From IMG/VR virus record IMGVR_UViG_3300032282_004772: 64,000 nt of DNA; one strand, given 5' to 3'. The notes beneath the pieces are model-generated. The model made no database searches, was not told the origin of the DNA, and saw only the letters and a list, made by a program, of their open reading frames with translations. This document shows, in pieces, positions 20,977-31,900 of the stretch. Every line of letters begins with the position of its first letter. The first letter of the stretch is position 1. This stretch comes from a virus. Both the position numbers and the translations under genes were made by a program.

Positions 20977-21636
20977 TTAAATTCCGAAATTCTTTTGTTC
21001 TTGACTAGGGTTAAACGTTCCTCTTATTTCAGATGGCGAAAAATTTTCAACATCATCAGTTGTTAAAATATACTCGTTTTTTCCCGATTTTTCCATATCA
21101 GCTTCTTTATCAATGAAGAAATCACTTAACTTTTGATTGTAAGGACCCGAATCTAAACTTCTTAACTCCAATTTTTCTTGTGGTGTTTTAGGTCTATACC
21201 TCTCAATTTTTTCTTCTAAAGAATTTAACTTGGTTACCAAAGAATCCATTTCTCCTAATTTAGATTCCAAGTTTTCTAACTGACTAAATAATTGCTCAAA
21301 ATAATCTTCTTGCTTTTTTCCAATTTCTTTTTGTGATGTAACTAAATCGGTAATATCTAATTCTTCTGTACCTTCTTCTCCCGATTCTTCACTTTTACCT
21401 TTATTATCAATTTTTTCTACGTCAGGGTCAGTTTCTACATCAACAGTAGAAGGTTCTCCACCCGCAGCTTCAGGAGCCGGAGGTGCTGCAGGTACCGCTC
21501 CGGGGGCAGGAGGTGCTGTAGGAACATCTCCACCTGGAGGTGGCGGTAACGCAGGTAATTCCTGTTCAGTTACATACTTGTTAATATAATTATATCTTGA
21601 TAATTCTTCTAATATTTTTTTGTCTATATTTCCCAT
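20977..21636 (-). CDS. Hypothetical protein with Pro/Ala/Glu-rich linker and coiled coil (possible head/scaffold-associated)
   Basis: Likely start MGNIDKK at 21636. PPPPGG/APPAP low-complexity segment followed by heptads FSQLENLESKLGEMDSLVTKLNSLEEKI. Confidence 0.55.
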   Translation of the reverse strand: MGNIDKKILEELSRYNYINKYVTEQELPALPPPPGGDVPTAPPAPGAVPAAPPAPEAAGGEPSTVDVETDPDVEKIDNKGKSEESGEEGTEELDITDLVTSQKEIGKKQEDYFEQLFSQLENLESKLGEMDSLVTKLNSLEEKIERYRPKTPQEKLELRSLDSGPYNQKLSDFFIDKEADMEKSGKNEYILTTDDVENFSPSEIRGTFNPSQEQKNFGI

Positions 21637-21640
21637 ATTA

Positions 21641-21868
21641 TTAACCATTTAATAATTGTTTAACACCATTACGTGTTTCAACTTGGAATTTTTTATTTTT
21701 GGAAACCATGTCGTCAACCCTTTCAATAAGTCCATCTTTCATTCTTATTGTATAACAATCTCCGGTGTCCAAATCACAAACTTCTTTAAATCCATTTCCG
21801 GCATCTTTTTCAGTATACCTTGTATTCTTTCCTAAGTAAGAGTCCAATATTAATTTTACGTTGCTCAT
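21641..21868 (-). CDS. Small hypothetical protein
   Basis: 75-aa ORF with its own TATTTAT motif upstream; contains EVCDLDTGDC. Confidence 0.6.
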   Translation of the reverse strand: MSNVKLILDSYLGKNTRYTEKDAGNGFKEVCDLDTGDCYTIRMKDGLIERVDDMVSKNKKFQVETRNGVKQLLNG

Positions 21869-21920
21869 AGTATTATTTTACTATAAATATAATAATGTTT
21901 TAAAATATCTTATATTGTTT

Positions 21921-24900
21921 TTATTTTTGTTCAAATACCTTATTTAAAGTTATTAAAGTTGAATTAAGTACCCCTTTAGGATAATACTGAACTGTCATCA
22001 TAATTCTTCCAGGATTTCCACTATTGACTACACAATCATTAGAATAATTTGTATCTACACCCGCACCACAATTATATGGTAATGGAAGTCCTCCTAAATC
22101 ATTTTCATCAAAAAATTGAACTAACCCAACATTATTATCATCGAAAGTGGCATCATTAATTCTTAATACGTAATATTTTCCCGCTTTATTTTTTATATTA
22201 TAATAACTAGAATTGTTTCCTTGTATTGAAGTAAATTCACCTAAATAGTCTAACGTAACCGTAGGTGGAGGTGGACTTATCAATCCAAGTGTTGTTGCTA
22301 AATTTATTGCGTCTTTAACCGATAATAATAAATTATTATAATATGTTTGATTTTTAAGAATAAATTGGTCATACTCTTCTTGTGTCATAGTTGTTGTCCT
22401 ATTCCATTTTGTAACCCAAGCCTTAGTTAATGATTCAGAAGTTATTTGAAAATCAGGAGAAACATCTTTCCATTTTGCTTGTAGTAATTCAAATAAATTA
22501 TTTGCATCTAAGAATGTTGCATATGGATAAGAATATCCATCAGCCCCAGTATTACACAAATATTCATTTTTGAAAAACTTAGGTAATTCCCCTGGCCACT
22601 TTATTGTTAATTGTACATTTGCAAAGTTATTGTTCCAAGCAGTAAATTGTTGGTTTTTATAAGATGCAAGATAAGTTGTAACAAATGATAACATTTTTGT
22701 AACATCTAAATTTCCTGTAGTATCTCTTATCACCTGGTTCATTCCATCTATGACCTCTTTAGTACTTAAAGATGTTTGAGTTTGTGTTGCGGCAATATAT
22801 GTTGAATAATCCGGATTTAAATTTGGTTGACAATTTTGTGAATTATCAACTGTATTTGTATTCACAACAGGGACATTACTTGTTGTTGTTGTGGTTGTTT
22901 GTCCCGCGGTAGCCGGACTACTATTGGTAGTTGCATTATCTGATGGATTTGTATTTATTTTTTGATTTATTTTTGCTTTTAAATCAACAAATAATTGTTT
23001 TGTTAAAGTTTGAATATAACTTTCCATTTTTGGAAGAGAGAAAATTTGTTGTCTAATCCCCGTAAATTGGGTTTCAAATTTACCCGGAGATATTGTATGT
23101 TTAACATCTAAAATATAATAAGGTCCATTAAACATTGGTACATGTCTTAAGTTAAAGTACATTGTTGGTTGAATCATCGCGTTTCCTAACGAAGAAACTC
23201 TACATTGATATGACCTATTGTTATAAAAGTTCCATAAAGATACGTTTTGTGTGGCAACTTCTTTTCCATTAGCTTGTCGTATCATTCTATCATTTTGTGC
23301 CAAAGATTCTGCGGTAGGTTTTGCGTTGTCTTGGGAAACATCAAATCCAAAGAAAACATTTTGATTTCTAATACCAATATCTAAATTAAACCCTACCACT
23401 TTATTTGATAATCCCCAATCTTTTTTACCTGATAAATTTTCTGTCAACGGATTATCACTACTTCTTCTTAAATCAAACGTATCTGACGCAAATCGATAAG
23501 TATCGTTCTTGTCCATTTGTTGGTATTTACTTGGTTCTGCCGCATAAACACAAACTAATTTAGGTGAACACGCTCTAGTATCTACATTAAGATAAGTTCC
23601 AAACAAAGTATTACCAAATTCTAAAGTTCCCTCGGATTTAGGAACATCTTCTTGTCTAGAAATTTCTTGGACATTATAATAGTTGATATAACCAGGATGC
23701 ATCATACAAATAAAATGATGTATGTCTAAGATTGATTCAATATATCCATAAACAGATGCCCCAAAATTAACATTAGATAATAATTCTCTAACTTTAAATG
23801 GGTCTATTAAAACTTCATCTGATATATTTCTATTCGCCCTATCCAAAATTAAAACGTCTTCTAAAAATGTAGTTTGGGTATAATCATACCCAGCAATCCA
23901 AGTATCATTAAGTCCTTTAAATCTTTCCCACAAATCAACTTTAGATAATTCTCCTTGTAAAATAGTGTCATCTTTCTTTTCAGGAACTTCTACAATATCA
24001 GGTAATCCAACCCTTAATTTATTAAATACCATATTGAATAACCCATTACTGAATGTTTGATTTTGAATCATAAAATCAGATAATAGTGTAACAAACTTAG
24101 TTTTATTTAATGTTGGGTCAATTTTCTTTTGTGTTGCATAAATTTTAATTATCGGGGCCAATTGGATTACATTTTCTGGTATGAATTCAATATTCATATC
24201 AATGAAGAAATCAGTTATGGTACTTCCTGTACTAGTATACGTAATACCTGACTCGGTAGAATAACCAACATATAATTCTAAATTTCTCCAAGACTGCGGA
24301 TTATATGAAATATATGTCGCTAAACTAACATTAGTTACCGCTGAAGTTGGTAATGAATTTTGTACATATGGATTAAATGTTAATTTGTTTTCAACAAAAA
24401 CATTTGGATTAAAACTATCAAATATTAATCTGTCGTAGTTTCCTGGATTTCCATATTTGAAAACAATATCATACTCTAAAAAGTTTTTTATAATATTATT
24501 TATTTTTTCAAATTGTTTGTTTTTTATAGTACTTGTTTGTTCATTAGAATTTGTAACATTAGGTGTGGTTATTTCAACAGACATCATTTCTTTAAGTAAC
24601 ATTTGGAAATTTAAGAAACTCTGATTTGGGTCTGTTGATAATTTATCAATCATAACCGTAGTAGTAATTGTTTGTCCAACTTGCTGTGTCTGATATTGAT
24701 ACATTGATTTGGAAAACTTTAAAAATTCGTTTTCCATTTTATCCATAATGTCTTTCGTAAATACAGATAAAATTTCTTCATTGTAAGAATAATCAATTAT
24801 GTTTGATAATAAAAATGATTGTTGTTCATTTGAATCGTCAATAATTTGTTTTAAATATTGTTTAAACGTTGGCTTATTGATTTGAAAACTATCGAAATAA

Positions 24901-27900
24901 CCATAGTTTGGTAATGCCCAAAATCCTCTTACCGACCCATTAAAAACCGCAGGGTTTGATTTAATAGGTTGGATTAGTTTTTCTTGATTACTTAAACACT
25001 CTCCTTTTATTTGGTTAATAGTTGAACCAAATGATGGTACAATATATTCTATTTTTGCTCTTTTATCTAATAAAGTACAATTCCATGTTTTAACAGATAA
25101 ACTATCTGTTGAGTCTGATGGGTCATACCCCTCAACCCCATTAAGATATGAATTTGATATTGGAGTAAGAGTAAATCCGCTAACAGTATTATCTAACTGT
25201 GACTGAATTGCCGAATCAGTATATGAACTAAATAAAGAATAACCTCTAAAAAATACATTAAATTTATTTATCAACTGGGGATAAAATCCTAAGTTCATTT
25301 GACTTACTGTTCCTGTTGATACTGACGAAACGCTTTGTAATACAATGTCCGTAGGTGTAGAATTATTTGGTAAAGTTAAACTGTAAACTTTGCTTTGGTT
25401 ATTGGTTATTGGGTCATAGTTATTAATCGCATCAAAGTCAGTCCAAACTTCATCTAATATATCTACATTACTTTCAATATATTTTTTATATCGATGCCAA
25501 ATAGAACCGTATTTTAATATCCAAGCATAAGGTATTCTATGAATCGCCCCAAATTTTTTAATAGTTGTAAAAATATAATCTAAATCACTAGTAACCCCAT
25601 TCTCATATGTTTTATATTTTTCTTTAAGGGTTGCAATAGGCAAACTATTTAACAAAAGATACGAAGCCGCAACAAATGGGTAGGTATCACCACTTAAAAA
25701 TTTATCAACTCCTTTTGTAACGGAATTAATAAAAAATGGAGTGTTTAACATAGATGTTGTCTGAATGTCACTCACATTTCCATCATAGTTAAAATATCTA
25801 ACAGTGCCTTCGGTTACTTGTTGATTTTTTACAAAAAAATTATTTCCTCTTTCTTGATAAAATGTTCTTAAGGTCGCATTTGTTGGTGTCGGTATTGTTG
25901 GAGTATTAAAACTAAAATTAGTTATTGGTCTATTTTGGCTCTTAGATGTTTTTTTATTGAAATTTGAAACCATTTTTTTATCTTCGTGAATTACATAAGT
26001 TTTTGTTGTATTATATAAATCTCTGAAGTTTGTTCCCTCTCCATTCGCCATATTATTTTTGTACCAACCATCAATAGCATATGGGAAAGTATCTAAGAAA
26101 TTAATTTCATTTGTTGCATTACTTTTTAAGTAATCTTCTATTTTTTTAAAGTTTTTTGGTTGTGGTTGTACTATCGCAACTCCAGGACTTACAACTTCTT
26201 CGTTATAAATCATAAAATCGTTTTGAGATTCGTTTTGAAGATATTTTGTAACAAACTCATCTCTTATATATTTTTGCCAACTTTCACCTGTTCCATTATT
26301 TGAGATGTGAGCCAAAAAGTTAGGAAAACTAGATGCAGTAAAATTATACTGTTTTAATTTTTGTATTAAAAATGGAGCGCTGTCCTCTAAAGAATTTTTA
26401 ATGTTTATAAACTCAGAGTCCGCTAAAGGTTCTTGTATTTCATTTTCGGCATTTGGTCTCATGAATCTTTGATACATTGAGGAAACCATAACTCTCTCCC
26501 AAATTTCATAAAAGAATCTAACTTCTTCTCTATTTGCAAATATAGTATTTGATGTTGGGAAGTCTAAAGCGTTATATGAAATTTTATTTATTATCTGAGC
26601 CGAATTCGTTCCTAATACATTTAAATTTGGTGGATTTTTTCTTAACGCCAATCCTTTTAAAAATTCTTCAACAAACTCAACTTCAGGCCAAACTTCATAA
26701 AGATACGCCTTTGTTTTTTGTATTACCTTTGGGCTTCCTGGATAAGTCAATTCAAATTTTTCACCTTTATCATTATTTGTTTCAACAAAATATTGCGGCC
26801 AAGGATAAACAGGAATTAAATTTCCCGTGTCTTTTTGGACAGATTGTTTTGCGTCAGGATTTTTTGCGGCACTGTCATTATTTAAAATAGCATCTACCCT
26901 ATTTTTATTTTCTCTTTGTCCCCAAGCCTTATCATGTACGTCACATAAAATTCTCAAAAACGCTTCTGAACTGGCTAATATTACCGCCAAAACATTTCTA
27001 ATAGTAGGTTTAAAACCAAGTCCACTATCTTTACTCGATAATCTTTCCGATAATAATTGAGATAATTTTTCTTGTATCTCGTTTAGTTTAACCGCCAACG
27101 AGTTTTTCATTATCTCTATCTGATTTACAAAACTACCTTCACTTTCAAAATAAAAAAAATTATATACTATTTTTTCATAATTTTCTTCTAAAGTTACGGA
27201 GTTTAAAATTGTTTGGGTATCACTCTTAAGTTTTACAATATCAGCCTCACTTGGTTCTTTACCTGTCCTTAGTCTGTATGTTTCTTCCCAATTAATGTTC
27301 TCGGGTTGGAATGGTTGCGCAACAAAATCATTATAATCAATTCCATTTGGAATTTCTGAAGGTATATTTTTGTCTTTTCCAACAGAATAATTACCGCCTT
27401 TTCCAAAGGTAGGATTTTGGGATAAAACTGTATTGTATTTTTCAATAAGTCCTTTTAATTCAGTTGTCGCAATGTCTCTTTTTCCCCCCTCAAATGTTGT
27501 CTTATTAAATGTATAAACTTTATGATTGGTTTGTTTATCCACAAAGAAATTTTCAGTATCCATATAGGTATAAAACCAAGATTCTCCTCTAGCATAAAAA
27601 ACTTTCTTTTCGTATTCTTCTAAAGTTGTACTATAATTTTCAGCATCCGTTATTGGAGCCATATCTGCCTTAGTAAAAGTATTTGCAATATATGTTTCTA
27701 ATTTTGATAATCTATCAATTAATTCTTGTATTGTTATTTCAGGAAAATCTTCAGGAATTAATCCTTTGCTTTTATATTCAGAATACACTTCTTTTACTTT
27801 TTCGTATCCTCTTGAAGTAACACTTGTCTCAACATTTTTAGTTGTATTTCCTACTTGATTTTGTGCAGATTGTTGTCCCTCACTATTATTTGGGCTTTTA

Positions 27901-28664
27901 GTGTATTTTGTAATATACATGTATGGAACAGACATTGCTTGTTCCATCGTTATATTGGTTAATACATTATATTTGTAAGCAATGAATGTACAATCAATTA
28001 TAAAGTTCCCACTTTGTCCATCAAATCTAGCATTAAATGTTTGTAAACTTAATTGATATTTGATTGCTTTTCCAAGATATCCTTTAACTGTTAAATAAAA
28101 CAAAGGATATGGATAATTAAAGAATACTGAGTATGGTGAATTTTCCGCCTGTTCAAAAAGAGCCCTTCCTTTAATATCATGCATCCTTATTTTTACAGTA
28201 GGAACTAAATTTAAAGGAGTGTCAATTTCAATATTATCTATCAATAAAAGATTATTATCTATATTATTTGCAACACTTTGACTAAAATAAACTTCTTTAG
28301 TTTTATCAGGTTTTGTAATTTCTTGTTTGTTTTCAACTATTTGATTTGCGCCTTTACCTTCAATAGAATTTAATCCTGTTAATTCGTCTAAATAACCATT
28401 TGTTAAAAATGTTTTATTTGCCGGTTTTATAAAATTAATAGATGCGACCGATAGTGTTTTATTTTCATAATACCCATTATTTCCAACCGACAATCTAGTT
28501 CTTGGAAAGAGATTGCACTCCAAATTAGCGTAGTAAACAAGATTTTCATGTTTCAACAATCTTTCTTTTACAACACCTTGGCTATCAACAACTTTGTTTG
28601 GGTCTACCAACACCACATTTTGATAATCAAATTCTACTAATATATTTTCATCTCTACCTACCAT
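21921..28664 (-). CDS. Giant baseplate hub protein (gp27/gpD-like with large insertions)
   Basis: 2247 aa. N-terminal hub-like segment (PTVKIRMHDIKGRALF...YPLFYLTVKGYLG) and late gpD/gp27 signature CRVSSLGNAMIQPTMYFNL...GPYYILDVKHTISPGKFETQFTGIR. Follows the gp53-like gene. Confidence 0.7.
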   Translation of the reverse strand: MVGRDENILVEFDYQNVVLVDPNKVVDSQGVVKERLLKHENLVYYANLECNLFPRTRLSVGNNGYYENKTLSVASINFIKPANKTFLTNGYLDELTGLNSIEGKGANQIVENKQEITKPDKTKEVYFSQSVANNIDNNLLLIDNIEIDTPLNLVPTVKIRMHDIKGRALFEQAENSPYSVFFNYPYPLFYLTVKGYLGKAIKYQLSLQTFNARFDGQSGNFIIDCTFIAYKYNVLTNITMEQAMSVPYMYITKYTKSPNNSEGQQSAQNQVGNTTKNVETSVTSRGYEKVKEVYSEYKSKGLIPEDFPEITIQELIDRLSKLETYIANTFTKADMAPITDAENYSTTLEEYEKKVFYARGESWFYTYMDTENFFVDKQTNHKVYTFNKTTFEGGKRDIATTELKGLIEKYNTVLSQNPTFGKGGNYSVGKDKNIPSEIPNGIDYNDFVAQPFQPENINWEETYRLRTGKEPSEADIVKLKSDTQTILNSVTLEENYEKIVYNFFYFESEGSFVNQIEIMKNSLAVKLNEIQEKLSQLLSERLSSKDSGLGFKPTIRNVLAVILASSEAFLRILCDVHDKAWGQRENKNRVDAILNNDSAAKNPDAKQSVQKDTGNLIPVYPWPQYFVETNNDKGEKFELTYPGSPKVIQKTKAYLYEVWPEVEFVEEFLKGLALRKNPPNLNVLGTNSAQIINKISYNALDFPTSNTIFANREEVRFFYEIWERVMVSSMYQRFMRPNAENEIQEPLADSEFINIKNSLEDSAPFLIQKLKQYNFTASSFPNFLAHISNNGTGESWQKYIRDEFVTKYLQNESQNDFMIYNEEVVSPGVAIVQPQPKNFKKIEDYLKSNATNEINFLDTFPYAIDGWYKNNMANGEGTNFRDLYNTTKTYVIHEDKKMVSNFNKKTSKSQNRPITNFSFNTPTIPTPTNATLRTFYQERGNNFFVKNQQVTEGTVRYFNYDGNVSDIQTTSMLNTPFFINSVTKGVDKFLSGDTYPFVAASYLLLNSLPIATLKEKYKTYENGVTSDLDYIFTTIKKFGAIHRIPYAWILKYGSIWHRYKKYIESNVDILDEVWTDFDAINNYDPITNNQSKVYSLTLPNNSTPTDIVLQSVSSVSTGTVSQMNLGFYPQLINKFNVFFRGYSLFSSYTDSAIQSQLDNTVSGFTLTPISNSYLNGVEGYDPSDSTDSLSVKTWNCTLLDKRAKIEYIVPSFGSTINQIKGECLSNQEKLIQPIKSNPAVFNGSVRGFWALPNYGYFDSFQINKPTFKQYLKQIIDDSNEQQSFLLSNIIDYSYNEEILSVFTKDIMDKMENEFLKFSKSMYQYQTQQVGQTITTTVMIDKLSTDPNQSFLNFQMLLKEMMSVEITTPNVTNSNEQTSTIKNKQFEKINNIIKNFLEYDIVFKYGNPGNYDRLIFDSFNPNVFVENKLTFNPYVQNSLPTSAVTNVSLATYISYNPQSWRNLELYVGYSTESGITYTSTGSTITDFFIDMNIEFIPENVIQLAPIIKIYATQKKIDPTLNKTKFVTLLSDFMIQNQTFSNGLFNMVFNKLRVGLPDIVEVPEKKDDTILQGELSKVDLWERFKGLNDTWIAGYDYTQTTFLEDVLILDRANRNISDEVLIDPFKVRELLSNVNFGASVYGYIESILDIHHFICMMHPGYINYYNVQEISRQEDVPKSEGTLEFGNTLFGTYLNVDTRACSPKLVCVYAAEPSKYQQMDKNDTYRFASDTFDLRRSSDNPLTENLSGKKDWGLSNKVVGFNLDIGIRNQNVFFGFDVSQDNAKPTAESLAQNDRMIRQANGKEVATQNVSLWNFYNNRSYQCRVSSLGNAMIQPTMYFNLRHVPMFNGPYYILDVKHTISPGKFETQFTGIRQQIFSLPKMESYIQTLTKQLFVDLKAKINQKINTNPSDNATTNSSPATAGQTTTTTTSNVPVVNTNTVDNSQNCQPNLNPDYSTYIAATQTQTSLSTKEVIDGMNQVIRDTTGNLDVTKMLSFVTTYLASYKNQQFTAWNNNFANVQLTIKWPGELPKFFKNEYLCNTGADGYSYPYATFLDANNLFELLQAKWKDVSPDFQITSESLTKAWVTKWNRTTTMTQEEYDQFILKNQTYYNNLLLSVKDAINLATTLGLISPPPPTVTLDYLGEFTSIQGNNSSYYNIKNKAGKYYVLRINDATFDDNNVGLVQFFDENDLGGLPLPYNCGAGVDTNYSNDCVVNSGNPGRIMMTVQYYPKGVLNSTLITLNKVFEQK

Positions 28665-28977
28665 AATAAAAGAAGTAATTGTTTAAGGCTGCTTCATAGT
28701 CCTGAACAGAAGCTACTAAAGGAAATGGAATTGTCAATAGTGTATTGTCAGGTATATTCCATTCTAATCCACCATAAGATGGATTTGCGGCTAAAATTAA
28801 CCATCCAAACAAAGGCGTACCATAAAATTCTTGACTAATTTTATCTAATCTTGAGACACCGGTCTTATAGAAGAACCTTTTATCTGAAGATTTTGATTCT
28901 ATTTTGACAAAAGGAACAACTGTTTGTTCTCCATTTATTAAAAAATTAAAATACCTATTAAAATATAAATCTCCCAT
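28654..28977 (-). CDS. LysM-like baseplate wedge protein (T4 gp53 / P2 gpX-like)
   Basis: RLDKISQEFYGTPLFGWLILAANP...LTIP matches the gp53/gpX pattern. Confidence 0.85.
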   Translation of the reverse strand: MGDLYFNRYFNFLINGEQTVVPFVKIESKSSDKRFFYKTGVSRLDKISQEFYGTPLFGWLILAANPSYGGLEWNIPDNTLLTIPFPLVASVQDYEAALNNYFFYYGR

Positions 28978-31900
28978 TAATTAAGTTTGTTTTTTCCATT
29001 AAAAGTTTTTCTATTTGGAATAGAATTACCATCTTTATATAAATCTTTAAATAAATTAACAACAGTATTACTTGGATTTTGTTGGGTGGTAAATGTGAAT
29101 TTTCTAACTTTTCCTTTGTTGTATGGAGTCCAAGTTTTAAATTGATTGTTTTCCATAAACGTTTTAATTATTTTTTGTTCTTCGTCATATTCTTCTTTTA
29201 CCGCAACTTTAAAGTTATTGAACCAATCTTTAGTATAGTCTAATAAATTTAAACCTGAACTTGTTTTGTCTGCAATATCTTTAGGTATTAATTTATTTAT
29301 GAAATTATTATATAAATCATCATTTAATAAAATTTTACACATAATAGCGTAAAATCGTATATTAGCTTGTCCACAACAACTCGGACCTGTTAACCCTGAC
29401 TTATCACTATATTGTGTTAAATTACTAGGGTCATACTTCATGTCAATAATTTGAGCGTTTGCTAAAGTATTATAATAGGTTAATATGTTACTTGTTGCCG
29501 CACTATAATCATCAGTTAATTCTACTAAAGTATCTGTCGCGGTTGAACCTGCCTGTACTTCATTTGTAGGTAATATATCATACACAACAACTTTTTGGTC
29601 TGTCTTTATAAATCCATCATGACTATCTGTCACGATATCAATTTTTCTCATTTTTATTACCAAATCAGTTTGGATAGAAGTTATTTCGTTATCAACACTA
29701 GTCAATGCCGTTAATATACCATTCTCCGCTTCTTGTACCGCATTTCTTAAATTAGCCTTAACTTTACCAATCACTGAGTTATCAAATCTAGAATCATATA
29801 AATTTTGGATGTATTGAAACCCTGACCCTCCAATTGAGGATGGAGAATTTATATCATTTATAATTTTATTAACTAATTTTTTTATTTCTCTTTGCGAATC
29901 ACTAGGTCTTCCTACTATTTTTATTGCATTCGGAGTAGTGTTTAAATAAATATTTCCATCAACAAAGTTTCTATTTTGCATATATGCTGACCAAATTTGG
30001 AAATTGTAGTCCTTTGTAATTTGTTCGGCTTTATTTGGAATAATATCAAAATATGCTTGTCCTGAAGATAAAAACTCATCCATTATTTTTTGATATGTAA
30101 TATTACCAGTAGAACCTGTATCAGAATCCACTTTAGATTCAATACTTCCAATTGTGGTTCCTCCATCGTTTTCAGTTTGGTTAACCACATTATTAACACC
30201 AACAACAGGTGTATTATCAACTATTCCCTTAAGAATTTCATCATCAAATTTCTTAAATGAATCGTCTGTCCAATCAGCTCTTTCATCATATATTTCTGTA
30301 TTTGCATAATAGTTAAATGATAGTGCGTTTTGTAATTTATCAATAGGTTCTTTCAATCCTGAACCTCCGACAAAATTAAAATTTAAGGTAATGTTTGCAA
30401 TCATTGGTTGAACTCCGATACCTTCGGGGTTCATATCAAATGTTACAGGGTCATACGCTATTTGTAATTGTGTGGGTATAATTTTTGTATTATAAAAATC
30501 CCCAATTCGTAAAACAAGAACAGGAGGTGCTCCAAAACTAGTATTAACCGCTCCCGTATATTTTGGTTTTCCATCCGTACCTATAATAGGGATAGTATCT
30601 CCAGGTCTTGTACATTGTTGTAAAAACGTTAGTCTTGAATTTAACCCTTCAGGTGTTATCGCATGAAATGCCGGTGAAAAATACTTAATCTTTTGTTTTA
30701 TCGTATCATAAAACATAGGATTCTCTTCTTCAATCATTTCAAAATAATTACATTCTGTTAATAGGCTTCTTAATATTTTTTTACTAATACCATCTTTTAT
30801 TTTTTGAGTTGTCGATATGGTAGGTGTTAATGGCACTGCGGATTCATAACCAGGAGCGGCTCCGTTACCATTTTGATTTGAGGTGTTATTATTTGGAGTT
30901 ACCTGAGCAGATGGGTCTATACTCGCGTTTATTGATGATATACCACTTTTTCTACACGCCATAGCATTGACGCTGTATATTTTTTTATCGTCAGTTAAAT
31001 TAGGCGTTGGGTCGGGACAAGAAAAAGGACCTAAAGTTCCCCCACCTTTTAATTTTGGAGTCACTGTTGTAAATTCCCCTGTTGCTATTCCATCTTTAAT
31101 TGATAATTGTCCGCTTTTTAAATACGGGTTTAATTTACCTGATTGCCAATTTGCAATAAAGTTTTGTACTGAACTTATTCTTCTTTTTGATAAATTAAGA
31201 TTGTAATTAGCGTCCCCAATACCTGAAGAACTTCCATCTAAAACAATTTCTATTTTACCTGTTGTATTTAATTGGTCTGTTGTTTTGTTGGATTCAAAGA
31301 AAGAACTAATAGAGTCTAATAACTCCGTGACTTGATTAAAATTATCTATTACCACATTATTAAAAAATGTAGTCACTTGGTCTTTTTCTTCGTTTGTTGA
31401 ATTTTTGCTTTCATATAACGAAATGTTCGATAATGATGTATATGAATTATACGTATCAACATAATTAACATTTGATGTTGTTTGAGTCGTATTTGGATTT
31501 GGTATGTCATTATCAAAATAAAATCCGATACCAATCCATTTTTGGAAATCTGGTTTTGAATTTCCGTCTGTGGACGATTTTACTTGTGGGGTTTGTTGTA
31601 CAACAGTATTAGTTACCGCCTTAGCGTCTTCTGCGGTAACATTTGGATTAGAAATTATCTGTTGTAGTGCCGACAATTCACTAACAGGTATTGTATTATA
31701 TTTTTTGGCTAATTCATATATATCATATTTTTTACATCCAGCAAAAAATGAATCTATAACACCATTAATCAATTCATTACTTTTACCTTTTAATTCTTTT
31801 TCAACAATAATATTCAATATAGATGGGTGGTCTACAATTATACTCCAACTTAAACTACCACTTCTAGATGTACTTTTATAAGTATAAATTGGTTCGGGTC

